IMG/VR virus record: IMGVR_UViG_3300028394_000035
Strand: one strand, 5' to 3'
From: a virus
DNA length: 64,000 nt
Position 1 is the stretch's first letter, and each line of letters opens with the position of its first letter. The notes below the pieces were generated by a model. The model was given only the letters and a program-made list of their open reading frames with translations. It ran no database searches and was not told the origin of the DNA. The translations under genes and the position numbers were made by a program. Positions 55,066 through 64,000 of the stretch are shown here, in pieces.

Positions 55066-55736
55066 TGAAAGACATTTCTCTTTATGGGCATCTGACTATT
55101 GATACGATTCTTGACGGTAATTCTGAAAAGAAAAGTTTAGGATCAATGGCAAATGTTTGGAGATCTTTACTTGAGATTGATTCAACATTAAATATTGGAC
55201 TTTCTCCAATTGATGTTGGTCAAGCACTTGTTTATATTGATAAACTTTCAGCACAAAGGTATTCAAAAGCAAATTTAAATCTAGTTCAACACAAAGTAAA
55301 AATCTTCGAATCAAAAGTTCACCATCTAATTTATCTCAATGAAATGTCTATTCATGATTTTATTCCAAAACTGAATGGTATTATCACTGCAGATATATGT
55401 TCTGGAAAATCATTGAATAAAGATTTACTTAAGTGTGTAGATTATCTTTTTATTTCTGATGAAGATATTGATGGCAATCTTTCAGATTACGTGAATACAA
55501 TAAAGGGATATGTGATACTTCATAGTTCATCAGGAAGCGTTGTATCAAATGGAAAAGATGAGTTTTTCTATAAACTGCCTAAAGATTTGATACTGAAAGG
55601 TGTTAATGTTCTTGGTGCTGGTGATACATTTGCGTCTTGTTTCTTATATAAATTACTAAGGAATGAAGGAAGCATCCACAACTGGATCGAATTTGCTCAT
55701 TTAAAGACAACTGAAATTATTAGGAATTCGATATGA
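55065..55736 (+). CDS. PfkB/ribokinase-family sugar kinase
   Basis: C-terminal VNVLGAGDTF anion-hole motif. Confidence 0.75.
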   Translation: MKDISLYGHLTIDTILDGNSEKKSLGSMANVWRSLLEIDSTLNIGLSPIDVGQALVYIDKLSAQRYSKANLNLVQHKVKIFESKVHHLIYLNEMSIHDFIPKLNGIITADICSGKSLNKDLLKCVDYLFISDEDIDGNLSDYVNTIKGYVILHSSSGSVVSNGKDEFFYKLPKDLILKGVNVLGAGDTFASCFLYKLLRNEGSIHNWIEFAHLKTTEIIRNSI

Positions 55737-56890
55737 AACCAAATATTCTTGTTCCGATGGCGGGACTTGGTAGTAGATTTATTAAAGAAGGATTTAAAGT
55801 ACCAAAGCAGTTAATTAATATCAAAGACAAACATCTAATTGATATTTCGCTTGATTGTTTGAACTATGAAGATTGTAATCTAATCTTCGTGGTTAGGGAT
55901 GAAACTGTTTATAATTTTCATATTGATGAACTCCTAAAGAAAAAGTTTGGTGAAGATATCAAGATTGTTATTATTGATAAACTTACTGATGGATCTGTGA
56001 GCAGTTGTTTGTATGCAGAAGAATATATTGATAATGATGCACCTCTTGTAGTTCATACTCTAGATATTGAATTCCGTCCAGTATTTGATCCGTATACTAT
56101 GAATGACTTGAATGCAGATGGACTCCTTTTGACATTTAAATCAAATTCTGCAAATTATAGTTATGCTGATGTTAATGAAGATGGATATGTAAAAAGAACT
56201 GCTGAAAAGAAAGCAATTAGTTCTAATGCCTGTGTTGGTATCTATGGATTCAAAAAAGGATCCGACTTCTGCAAGTATGCAAAGGAAATGATCGAAAGAG
56301 ATATTAGAACCAATAATGAGTTTTATATTGCACCTTTGTATAATCTTCTTATTGATGATTGTAAGAAAATCGTTACTTCGGATGTAGATAAAATGCATGT
56401 ATTTGGAACTCCTGATGAGTTTCATTTCTATAAAGAAAATGTCATTCGTAAGGTTGGTGATAAACCAATTGCTATTTGCTCAGACCATTCTGGATTTGAA
56501 TCAAAGGAAAAGTTTAAACATATTCTAGAAAAACACAATCTTGAGTATATTGATTTTGGAACTATCTTGAATAAGGATTGTGATTATAGTGATTATATTG
56601 CACAAGCAGTTAAAGCAATTGCTGAGCGTGATTGTGATTATGGATTTGGTTTCTGTAGAACAGGTCAAGGTGTGAATATTTGTGCTAACAAATACAAAGG
56701 TATTCGTTCAGCACTTATCTATGATGATTTCTCTATGGAGATGGCAATCCGACATAATTGTGCTAACTTTTTTGCAATTCCTGCAAAAGATTATACTATC
56801 GAAAAAATGGATAAGTATTTGGAAATCTGTTCTACTCATAGCTTTGATGGCGGTCGTCATCAGGTTCGTATTCAGGAATTAGAAAAATGA
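55733..56890 (+). CDS. sugar nucleotidyltransferase fused to an RpiB/LacAB-type isomerase
   Basis: N-terminal VPMAGLGSRF...PKQL; C-terminal SDHSG, DYSDY, CRTGQGV..ANK.KGIRSA, HNCAN, FDGGRHQVRI. Confidence 0.88.
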   Translation: MKPNILVPMAGLGSRFIKEGFKVPKQLINIKDKHLIDISLDCLNYEDCNLIFVVRDETVYNFHIDELLKKKFGEDIKIVIIDKLTDGSVSSCLYAEEYIDNDAPLVVHTLDIEFRPVFDPYTMNDLNADGLLLTFKSNSANYSYADVNEDGYVKRTAEKKAISSNACVGIYGFKKGSDFCKYAKEMIERDIRTNNEFYIAPLYNLLIDDCKKIVTSDVDKMHVFGTPDEFHFYKENVIRKVGDKPIAICSDHSGFESKEKFKHILEKHNLEYIDFGTILNKDCDYSDYIAQAVKAIAERDCDYGFGFCRTGQGVNICANKYKGIRSALIYDDFSMEMAIRHNCANFFAIPAKDYTIEKMDKYLEICSTHSFDGGRHQVRIQELEK

Positions 56891-57207
56891 TTCAAGCAAA
56901 TATTGTTGACTTTAAAGCAGGATGGTTTGTTGGGGACTTTGAACCATCTATTTTTAAGAATCCATTTTTTGAAGTTGCACACCATTCTCACACAAAAGGT
57001 CAACAAACTTTTCCTCATTACCATGCAGTCACTAATGAACTTAACTACATTGTAAAAGGTGAACTAGTAGTATCTGGAAAGCATTTGAATGCAGGTAATA
57101 TGTGGATCTATGAACCAAAGGAAATTTCTGATGTTGAGTTCTTGAGTGATGTCGATCTTATAGTAGTGAGATGGCCGTCTATTCCTTCGGATAAGTATAT
57201 GGTATGA
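56887..57207 (+). CDS. cupin-domain protein
   Basis: GWFVGDFEP and HYH....E cupin motif. Confidence 0.75.
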   Translation: MIQANIVDFKAGWFVGDFEPSIFKNPFFEVAHHSHTKGQQTFPHYHAVTNELNYIVKGELVVSGKHLNAGNMWIYEPKEISDVEFLSDVDLIVVRWPSIPSDKYMV

Positions 57208-57671
57208 AACTGATAGCACATAGAGGTAATATTGTAGGACCTAATCCTCTAGAGGAGAATAAACTAGAATACATTGAAGCAGCAATTGCAGGTGGATATG
57301 ATGCTGAGATTGATGTAAGATGGGAAGATCATCAGTTTTATTTGGGACATGATGGACCACAATATTATGTTCCTATGACTTGGTTAGTTAAAAGAAAAGA
57401 GAAACTTTGGATTCATTGTAAAGATTTTAAATCTTTGAATATTTTTTCTAATAGTCCAATAGATTTTAACTTTTTTTGGCATGAAAACGATAAGTACACT
57501 TTGACTAGTAAAGGTTATATTTGGACTTATCCTGGGCAATTATTTGAAAATAATTCTGTTATTGTAATGCCAGAAGTATTCGACTTGCAAAATATTCAAG
57601 ATAATGATACAATAGTATACAGCAAAAAATCTTTTGCTGTATGTAGTGACTATGTGGAAAAATTTAAATGA
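57204..57671 (+). CDS. glycerophosphodiester phosphodiesterase-like protein (short)
   Basis: IAHRGN...EN...DAEIDV...GHD; C-terminal VCSDY. Confidence 0.75.
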   Translation: MKLIAHRGNIVGPNPLEENKLEYIEAAIAGGYDAEIDVRWEDHQFYLGHDGPQYYVPMTWLVKRKEKLWIHCKDFKSLNIFSNSPIDFNFFWHENDKYTLTSKGYIWTYPGQLFENNSVIVMPEVFDLQNIQDNDTIVYSKKSFAVCSDYVEKFK

Positions 57672-58279
57672 CATCTACGATTTCCCCAGTATTTAAAGAA
57701 TTAAAACAATATGATAAAATTAATGTTATAGATGTTGGATCTGCAAGAGCATCTTTTTTGGTAGAATTGGAAAAATTCTTTGATCTAAAAAATGTTTATG
57801 CTATAGGAATTGATCCAATTGATTATGGAGTAGAATCTCATTATGATAAGTTTTATCGTGTTTGTCTAGATGACGTTAAAACTCCTCAAAGGCAAATGTT
57901 TTATAATGATGATCAATCCTCTTCACTTTTTTCTTCCAAAGGTGAAGAAATGGGGTTCATTGACATTTTAAATATCAATAGCATTATTGATATTGATTTG
58001 CCAGAAGAAATTATACATTTTATTAAAATTGATGCAGAAGGAAAAGATTTGTCTATTGTAAAATCCTTATCAAAACGAAATTTAAATAGAATAAAATTTA
58101 TTGCAATAGAGTGTCCAAATAAAATTCCAAGATATGATGGTGAATATATTAAAAAAGATTGTATTGATTATTTTGATTCTATAAATTTTAAATTTTTTTA
58201 TGAATATGATACCACTATTGAACCTTGGAATAAATCAGATTTGAGTGATGTCGTTTTCATAAACAAACGAGAATTATGA
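57668..58279 (+). CDS. FkbM-type methyltransferase
   Basis: VIDVGS, GIDP, FIKIDAEG. Confidence 0.75.
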   Translation: MTSTISPVFKELKQYDKINVIDVGSARASFLVELEKFFDLKNVYAIGIDPIDYGVESHYDKFYRVCLDDVKTPQRQMFYNDDQSSSLFSSKGEEMGFIDILNINSIIDIDLPEEIIHFIKIDAEGKDLSIVKSLSKRNLNRIKFIAIECPNKIPRYDGEYIKKDCIDYFDSINFKFFYEYDTTIEPWNKSDLSDVVFINKREL

Positions 58280-59016
58280 AAATAGCACTATGCTTGTCAG
58301 GACAACCAAGAGCAGTTCAAGTTGGATATCAAAAACTTTATAATACAGTTCTAAAGTATAATGATGTAGATGTTTTTATTCACACTTGGTTTGATCTAGA
58401 AAATCTTAATACAAATTCAATTATTCCTGGAAGAGAAGGTCATACGTTAGATTCTCAAGCAATTGATAAATTGGTTAATTATTATCAACCAAAAAGAATT
58501 ATGGTCGAAAAATCTAAAAATTGGAAAAGAAAATATGATATTCCAGATAAATGTTTTACTAATGCCTGGACTTGGGCTTTAGAAGTTAAAGATGGGTTGG
58601 AAGTTGCAAAAGATTATATTTGTAATACTACAAATAGTATGTTTTACAGTATTATGATGGCAAACCTTTTGAAAGAACAGTACTCTGTAGAAACTGAAAT
58701 TCCGTATGATTTAGTGATTAGAAATAGAATTGACTATTCGCCTCATGTAGTGTTAAAATTAGATGAAGCAGTTATAAACGATGATACGTTAACGTATCAA
58801 GATCTTCATCAACCTGATGGTATGATTAGTGATTGGTTTGGTATGGGATCAACAAATACAATGAATGTTTTTTGTGGTGTTTATAATCAAATAGGTCAAC
58901 TTATTCGACAATCAAATGACGTTGATGGATATTGGTGCAACGAACTTCTCCTAAAACATCATATCGCAAACAATAAGATTAAAATAAATCCTGTAGATTA
59001 TCAAGTTCATTATTAA
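58276..59016 (+). CDS. putative glycosyltransferase-like protein
   Basis: [29 protein letters not shown] pattern typical of glycan-island proteins. Confidence 0.6.
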   Translation: MKIALCLSGQPRAVQVGYQKLYNTVLKYNDVDVFIHTWFDLENLNTNSIIPGREGHTLDSQAIDKLVNYYQPKRIMVEKSKNWKRKYDIPDKCFTNAWTWALEVKDGLEVAKDYICNTTNSMFYSIMMANLLKEQYSVETEIPYDLVIRNRIDYSPHVVLKLDEAVINDDTLTYQDLHQPDGMISDWFGMGSTNTMNVFCGVYNQIGQLIRQSNDVDGYWCNELLLKHHIANNKIKINPVDYQVHY

Positions 59017-59017
59017 T

Positions 59018-60043
59018 ATGAAAAAAGCACTTATTACTGGCATTACTGGTCAAGATGGATCTTATCTTGCAGATCTTCTTTTAAGTAAAGGATATAAAGT
59101 TGATGGTATTATCCGCAGAAATTCAACTTCAGATTGTACTGATAGGATTAATTATCTTTTAGAAAATCCAAATATTACTTTACATTATGGCGATTTGACT
59201 GATTTTTCCAACATTACTTCTATTATTCAAGAAACACGTCCCGATGAGATCTATAACCTTGCAGCACAAAGCCATGTAAAAGTGTCTTTTTCGAATGCAC
59301 TCTACACTGCTGATGTAGATGCTCTTGGTGTATGTCGCATTCTTGAAGCAATTAGAATTCTTGGATTGATTAATACAACTAAGTTTTATCAAGCAAGCAC
59401 ATCAGAAATGTACGGACTTGTTCAATCAATTCCTCAAAGGGAAGATACCAAATTTCATCCACGTTCTCCTTATGGTGTAGCAAAACTTTATGCACATTGG
59501 ATTACTAAAAACTATCGGGAAGCATATGGTTTGTTTGGATGTAATGGTATTCTTTTTAATCATGAAAGTCCTCGTCGTGGCGAAAATTTTGTAACACGAA
59601 AGATTACCAAAACTCTTGCTGAGATTAAAAATGGCAAACGTACTTCTTCACTTGAACTTGGAAATATGGATGCAAAACGCGATTGGGGACACGCAAAGGA
59701 TTATGTAGAAGCAATGTGGTTAATACTTCAGAATGATATACCTGACGACTATGTTGTTGCTATGGGCGAACAACATTCGGTTCGTGAGTTTGTAGATATT
59801 GCATGTAAGCACTTTGAATTTGATATTGAATGGGATGGTAATGGAGTAGAAGAACGTGCGATAAATAAAAGCAATGGAGACATTTTGGTAAAGGTTAATC
59901 CTGAATTTTATCGTCCCACAGAAGTAGATTCTCTTGTTGGTGATTCTACTTATACCAAAAAAAGAATTGGATGGAAACCTAAGTATTCTTTTACAGATCT
60001 CGTAAAAGAAATGTGTGATAATGATTTGGAGAAAACTAAATGA
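59018..60043 (+). CDS. gmd: GDP-mannose 4,6-dehydratase
   Basis: [49 protein letters not shown]. Confidence 0.97.
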   Translation: MKKALITGITGQDGSYLADLLLSKGYKVDGIIRRNSTSDCTDRINYLLENPNITLHYGDLTDFSNITSIIQETRPDEIYNLAAQSHVKVSFSNALYTADVDALGVCRILEAIRILGLINTTKFYQASTSEMYGLVQSIPQREDTKFHPRSPYGVAKLYAHWITKNYREAYGLFGCNGILFNHESPRRGENFVTRKITKTLAEIKNGKRTSSLELGNMDAKRDWGHAKDYVEAMWLILQNDIPDDYVVAMGEQHSVREFVDIACKHFEFDIEWDGNGVEERAINKSNGDILVKVNPEFYRPTEVDSLVGDSTYTKKRIGWKPKYSFTDLVKEMCDNDLEKTK

Positions 60044-60969
60044 AAAGAAAAATTATTTTTTGGGTAGAAAATAAACCATATCAAACTTTTTCTTACATCT
60101 ATATTGGAATGAGGAAAGCATTCGAAAAGTTTGGATATGAAACTTATTGGTTTAGTGATGAATTTTTCCCATCACAAACTGAGTTTGATTATTCCAATTC
60201 TGTGTTTTTTATAGACAATCAAGGACCACTTGATTGGAATGTTCCTATTATTGATAGTGGAATTTACTTTGCCTATGATAAATTTACTAATGTTAATAAG
60301 TATCTCGATAAAGTCAAATGTTTGATAAACTATCGTGTTGCTGAATTTAAAAAACCAATCCCTGATGATGATCGTTATGTTGAAATTGAAAAGGGAGTAG
60401 TATTTGATACTCAAGCAACAGAACCATATAATGTTGTTTATATTAGTTGGGCTACAAATTTGATGCCTGAAGAAATTGATTTTGATTGGGTAAACAAAGA
60501 ACGTAATAATGAATATAATTTTGTAGGAACTATTCATGCTCCTAGACTAAATGCAGAACCTCTGCATCAACAGTTTATTGAAATTGTAAAAAATAAAGGA
60601 ATTCCATTCAATCATTATGATCCAAATGTAAATCCTGCTACAGATAAGGATCACATCAGCATACTTCAAAAGTCGATGTTTGTTCCAGATTTTAGGCCAC
60701 AAGAACAAAAAGAAAATTGGTATGTTCCTTGTAGAATTTTAAAAGCAATTAGTTATGGTTGTCTCGCAGTTTCTGACTCACCATATTTGAAACATTTTAT
60801 TGATGATAGTATTCTTACATCGGAAAATTCACAAGAAATTTTTGATATTGGAATTAAAAATCAAAATAACAAAGAATTAATTCTTCATCAAATGGAGATA
60901 ATCAAAAAAGAACATACATATTTGAATAGAGTTAAAGGTATTATAAAAATCATAGAAAAAATAATATAA
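60040..60969 (+). CDS. putative GT-B glycosyltransferase
   Basis: C-terminal [10 protein letters not shown]...HTYLNRV pattern; glycan-island context. Confidence 0.6.
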   Translation: MKRKIIFWVENKPYQTFSYIYIGMRKAFEKFGYETYWFSDEFFPSQTEFDYSNSVFFIDNQGPLDWNVPIIDSGIYFAYDKFTNVNKYLDKVKCLINYRVAEFKKPIPDDDRYVEIEKGVVFDTQATEPYNVVYISWATNLMPEEIDFDWVNKERNNEYNFVGTIHAPRLNAEPLHQQFIEIVKNKGIPFNHYDPNVNPATDKDHISILQKSMFVPDFRPQEQKENWYVPCRILKAISYGCLAVSDSPYLKHFIDDSILTSENSQEIFDIGIKNQNNKELILHQMEIIKKEHTYLNRVKGIIKIIEKII

Positions 60970-60970
60970 C

Positions 60971-61819
60971 ATGAAAATAACTATTCTTGGATCTAGTGGA
61001 CAAATTGGAGACTACCTAACAGAATACCTTAGAGATAAAGGTCATCATGTTTATGAATTTGATAAAGATAAAAATCCTAGTCATGATATGACTAGGATCC
61101 CTAATCAATATCTTGAAGATGTAATTGAGAATGCAGATTTTGTTTTTTTCCTTGCATTTGATGTTGGTGGTTCTCGTTATCTTAAAAAATATCAACATAC
61201 TTTCCAGTTTATTGATAACAACACTCGTTTGATGGCAAATGCATTTGGTCTTCTTAAAAAATATAATAAAAGATTTATTTTTGCATCATCTCAGATGAGT
61301 AATATGAGTCATTCTCCTTATGGAGTACTTAAGAATGTTGGAGAACTTTATACCAAATCACTCAAAGGACTTATCGTTAAGTTCTGGAATGTGTATGGAA
61401 TTGAAAAAGATCAAGAGAAAGCACACGTCATCACAGATTTTATTCGTAAAGGATTTGAAACTGGTGTAATTGATATGCTTACTGACGGACAAGAAGAACG
61501 TGAGTTTCTTTATGCTGAAGATTGTTGTGAAGCACTTGAAGCAATTATGAATAATTATAATGATTTTACATCAGAAGATAATCTTCACATTACAAGTTAT
61601 CATCCAACTAGTATTTTAGATATTGCCCATATTATTAAGGGTCAATTTAATTTGATCGGTAAGCATGATGTGAAATTGCAACCATCTACTGAAAAGGACA
61701 GTGTTCAGATGGATAAAAAAAATCGTCCAGACATGTATCTATCTAAATGGTGGATTCCAAAAACCACAATTGAAAATGGAATTGCTAAAGTATTTGAGGT
61801 AATGAAAAATGATTGGTAA
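60971..61819 (+). CDS. NAD-dependent epimerase/dehydratase
   Basis: GSSGQIG, SSQ, YGVLK, REFLY. Confidence 0.88.
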   Translation: MKITILGSSGQIGDYLTEYLRDKGHHVYEFDKDKNPSHDMTRIPNQYLEDVIENADFVFFLAFDVGGSRYLKKYQHTFQFIDNNTRLMANAFGLLKKYNKRFIFASSQMSNMSHSPYGVLKNVGELYTKSLKGLIVKFWNVYGIEKDQEKAHVITDFIRKGFETGVIDMLTDGQEEREFLYAEDCCEALEAIMNNYNDFTSEDNLHITSYHPTSILDIAHIIKGQFNLIGKHDVKLQPSTEKDSVQMDKKNRPDMYLSKWWIPKTTIENGIAKVFEVMKNDW

Positions 61820-62663
61820 TAATTTTATTGGGACACTTGGAAGATTGGGCAATCAAATGTTCCAATATGCAGCATTAAAGGGAATTGCATCAAATTGCGG
61901 ATTGGAATATACTATTCCACCACAACATAATGAATATCAAATTGATAATTATGGTTTGCTTGAATGTTTTGAGTTAACTACCAATCAAAAAATTGGATTT
62001 ATTCAGACAGAAAAAGTAACTCAAGAAAGCCATTTTCATTTTGATGACTATTTGTTTAATAATTGTCCAGATAATGTTTCTTTGTCTGGTTTTTTTCAAA
62101 CTGAAAAATATTTTCAAAAAATTAAAAATAAAATAAAAGAAGATTTTACATTTAAGAAAGATTGGTTGGAACCTTCTCTTGAATTTATTTCTCAGTTTGA
62201 TGGAGAAGAAATTGGATTTATTCATGTTCGAAGAGGAGACCCAAATCTTACAGATAAACGTGGATTTAAATGGGCATATGTAAATCTTCAGGATCAACAT
62301 CCCGTTCAACCAATTGAATATTACGAAAAAGCAATACAAGAGTTTTCAAAAGATATGAAATTTCTTGTTTTTTCGGATTCGATTGATTGGGTTAAGGAGC
62401 AAGAATTTTTTAAAGATGAAAGATTTATGTTTTCTGAACCAGAACATAAACATGATGATGGGGCTCTGGTTCCATATATTGATTTGTGTTTGATGTCTTT
62501 ATGTTCTCATGCTATAATTGCAAATAGTAGTTTAAGTTGGTGGGGATCTTGGTTGCAAAAAAATCCAAATAAAAAAATTATAGCACCAAAAAAATGGTTT
62601 GGTTCGGCATACTCTCAGCATAATACAAAAGATTTATACTGTGAAAAATGGAAAATTATTTAA
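61809..62663 (+). CDS. GT11 alpha-1,2-fucosyltransferase
   Basis: GRLGNQMFQYA, HVRRGD, FSD, DLCLMSLC..AIIANSSLSWW. Confidence 0.93.
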   Translation: MIGNNFIGTLGRLGNQMFQYAALKGIASNCGLEYTIPPQHNEYQIDNYGLLECFELTTNQKIGFIQTEKVTQESHFHFDDYLFNNCPDNVSLSGFFQTEKYFQKIKNKIKEDFTFKKDWLEPSLEFISQFDGEEIGFIHVRRGDPNLTDKRGFKWAYVNLQDQHPVQPIEYYEKAIQEFSKDMKFLVFSDSIDWVKEQEFFKDERFMFSEPEHKHDDGALVPYIDLCLMSLCSHAIIANSSLSWWGSWLQKNPNKKIIAPKKWFGSAYSQHNTKDLYCEKWKII

Positions 62664-63461
62664 ATGATTTATGTAACTGGTTCAAATGGATTAATAGGAA
62701 AACATTTAAATGCTAAAATTAAAATAAAACCAATATCATATAGAAATAATGTACCAAACATTATGTTTGCTTCTAATTCGACTTTGGTGCATCTTTCTTC
62801 ATCTACTACCCCAAGAAATACAACAAACGATATAGAGCAATCATTTTATAGTGATGTTTTTATTCCTTTACAAATATTTGAAAGTTATTTGAAGAATAAT
62901 CCTCATGGAAAAATTATATTATTATCTTCTGCTGGAGATCTTCACAGTTCAATAACTGATGAAATAACCAATGAAAATTCTACTCCAAATCCAAAATCTG
63001 TATATGGAGCACATAAAATTCTTTTAGAAAATTATATAAATTTATTACATAAAAAATATTCATTTACTAGTATTGCATTTAGAGTTAGTAATGTTTATTC
63101 CGGAAAAGCATCCAATAATCGAGTGAATGGATTAATTGATAAACTATTAACAGCAGAAGAAAAGGTAGAAATTTATATCAATCTTAATACTGTTATTGAT
63201 GTTATTCATGTTGAAGATTTGATTGAACTTATACTAAAAACTATTCATAAAAAAATGGATACAAAACATTTTACATTTTTGGTTGGTAATGAAAATTATA
63301 AAATTTGTGATATAATAGATATTATATCTTCTCTTAGAATTCTTGATATTTCAGTTAAAAAAAATAATCAAAAAACAACTTGTGTAAATTTAGATTGTAC
63401 AAAAGTTAAAGAATATTTTTCTTGGTCTTGTCAACATTTTTTAAAAGATTTAAAAATTTGA
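62664..63461 (+). CDS. NAD-dependent epimerase/reductase
   Basis: TGSNGLIG, SSAG, YGAHK. Confidence 0.8.
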   Translation: MIYVTGSNGLIGKHLNAKIKIKPISYRNNVPNIMFASNSTLVHLSSSTTPRNTTNDIEQSFYSDVFIPLQIFESYLKNNPHGKIILLSSAGDLHSSITDEITNENSTPNPKSVYGAHKILLENYINLLHKKYSFTSIAFRVSNVYSGKASNNRVNGLIDKLLTAEEKVEIYINLNTVIDVIHVEDLIELILKTIHKKMDTKHFTFLVGNENYKICDIIDIISSLRILDISVKKNNQKTTCVNLDCTKVKEYFSWSCQHFLKDLKI

Positions 63462-63470
63462 GGTTTATTA

Positions 63471-64000
63471 ATGACTATTGCAATAACTTTTTGGGGAACA
63501 CAAAAATACTTAAACTTTTTTTCAAATTGGTATGATTCTATTGAAGAAAATTTTATGCCAAATATAGATAAAAAGTATTTTGTTTTTACTGATGGTGAGT
63601 TTGATGGCGATGTTCCCAAAAACATTAAACTCGTAAATACCCCACATTATGGGTTTCCAGATACATTTTTTAAAACATTTGAAAAATTATTAGAAATCGA
63701 AAAAGAATGTGAAGATTGTGACTGGTTAGTTACAATTGATGCTGATATGATCGTACATAGTAAAGTTACATTTGAAGAATTTTTTGGTAATGATGAATCA
63801 AAAAAGTATCTTGGGGTTCATCATCCTTGTCATTATTTAAAAATGCCTCCTCACGATAGACTTCCTGGATGTTTTGATACTAATCAAAAATCAAATGCTT
63901 GCATCGAACCTGGAATGGATTTATCTATTTATTGGCAGACTTGTTTATGGGGCGGTAAAATTCCTTATGTGTTTAACATGATGCGTCAGATTGATTCTTG
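63471..64000 (+). CDS. GT6-family glycosyltransferase, 3'-truncated (not in the ORF track)
   Basis: Manual translation: MTIAITFWGTQKY...YFVFTD...IDADM...LGVHHP...YWQTCLWGG, matching the GT6 fold with a DXD motif; open to the window edge. Confidence 0.8.
   Translation, partial: MTIAITFWGTQKYLNFFSNWYDSIEENFMPNIDKKYFVFTDGEFDGDVPKNIKLVNTPHYGFPDTFFKTFEKLLEIEKECEDCDWLVTIDADMIVHSKVTFEEFFGNDESKKYLGVHHPCHYLKMPPHDRLPGCFDTNQKSNACIEPGMDLSIYWQTCLWGGKIPYVFNMMRQIDS

Noticed and set aside
211-63625. All minus-strand ORFs and short alternate-frame + strand ORFs in the track (e.g. 36622-37095, 47763-48146, 2667-3047)
   Set aside because: They shadow well-supported + strand genes, have mirror-image composition (poly-S, poly-F) and show no RBS or family motifs.
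1-64000. Stop-codon reassignment
   Set aside because: Core genes translate full-length in the standard code, TAA, TGA and TAG all end genes, and there is no suppressor tRNA.
1-64000. Photosystem genes (psbA/psbD/hli), heme oxygenase, ferredoxin
   Set aside because: No ORF with these motifs is in the window; they may lie elsewhere in the genome.

Overview
A 64-kb AT-rich segment of a T4-like myovirus, most likely a cyanophage: it carries a pebS-type bilin reductase, hsp20, mazG, a 2OG-Fe(II) oxygenase and cyanophage-like gene order. Every credible gene is on the + strand. Order: end of a fibre/baseplate-type gene; neck, terminase, tail and head genes (gp13-gp23, gp3); uvsY/uvsW; the gp55-47-46-45-44-dam-62-regA-hsp20-43-uvsX-41-mazG replication block; late-promoter-driven hypothetical genes; primase and nrdA/nrdB; a GIY-YIG nuclease; a lysozyme-like gene; three tRNAs; pebS; dps; and an ~11-kb nucleotide-sugar/glycosyltransferase island that runs off the right edge. 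Main leads: (1) late genes that begin with T4 capsid-targeting-like N-termini (MKTF..F(L/I)xE) and/or are punctuated by gp21-type hydrophobic-x-Glu sites, suggesting head-packaged polyprotein cargo that includes a HAD phosphatase module and a nucleotidyltransferase; (2) an unexplained regulatory cassette in front of the lysozyme gene; (3) an antisense sigma70 promoter sharing its -35 with the gp55 promoter; (4) pebS next to a late-expressed dps; (5) a GT11+GT6 blood-group-like glycan kit and a nucleotidyltransferase-RpiB fusion. All calls come from motif recognition by eye; no database searches were run.
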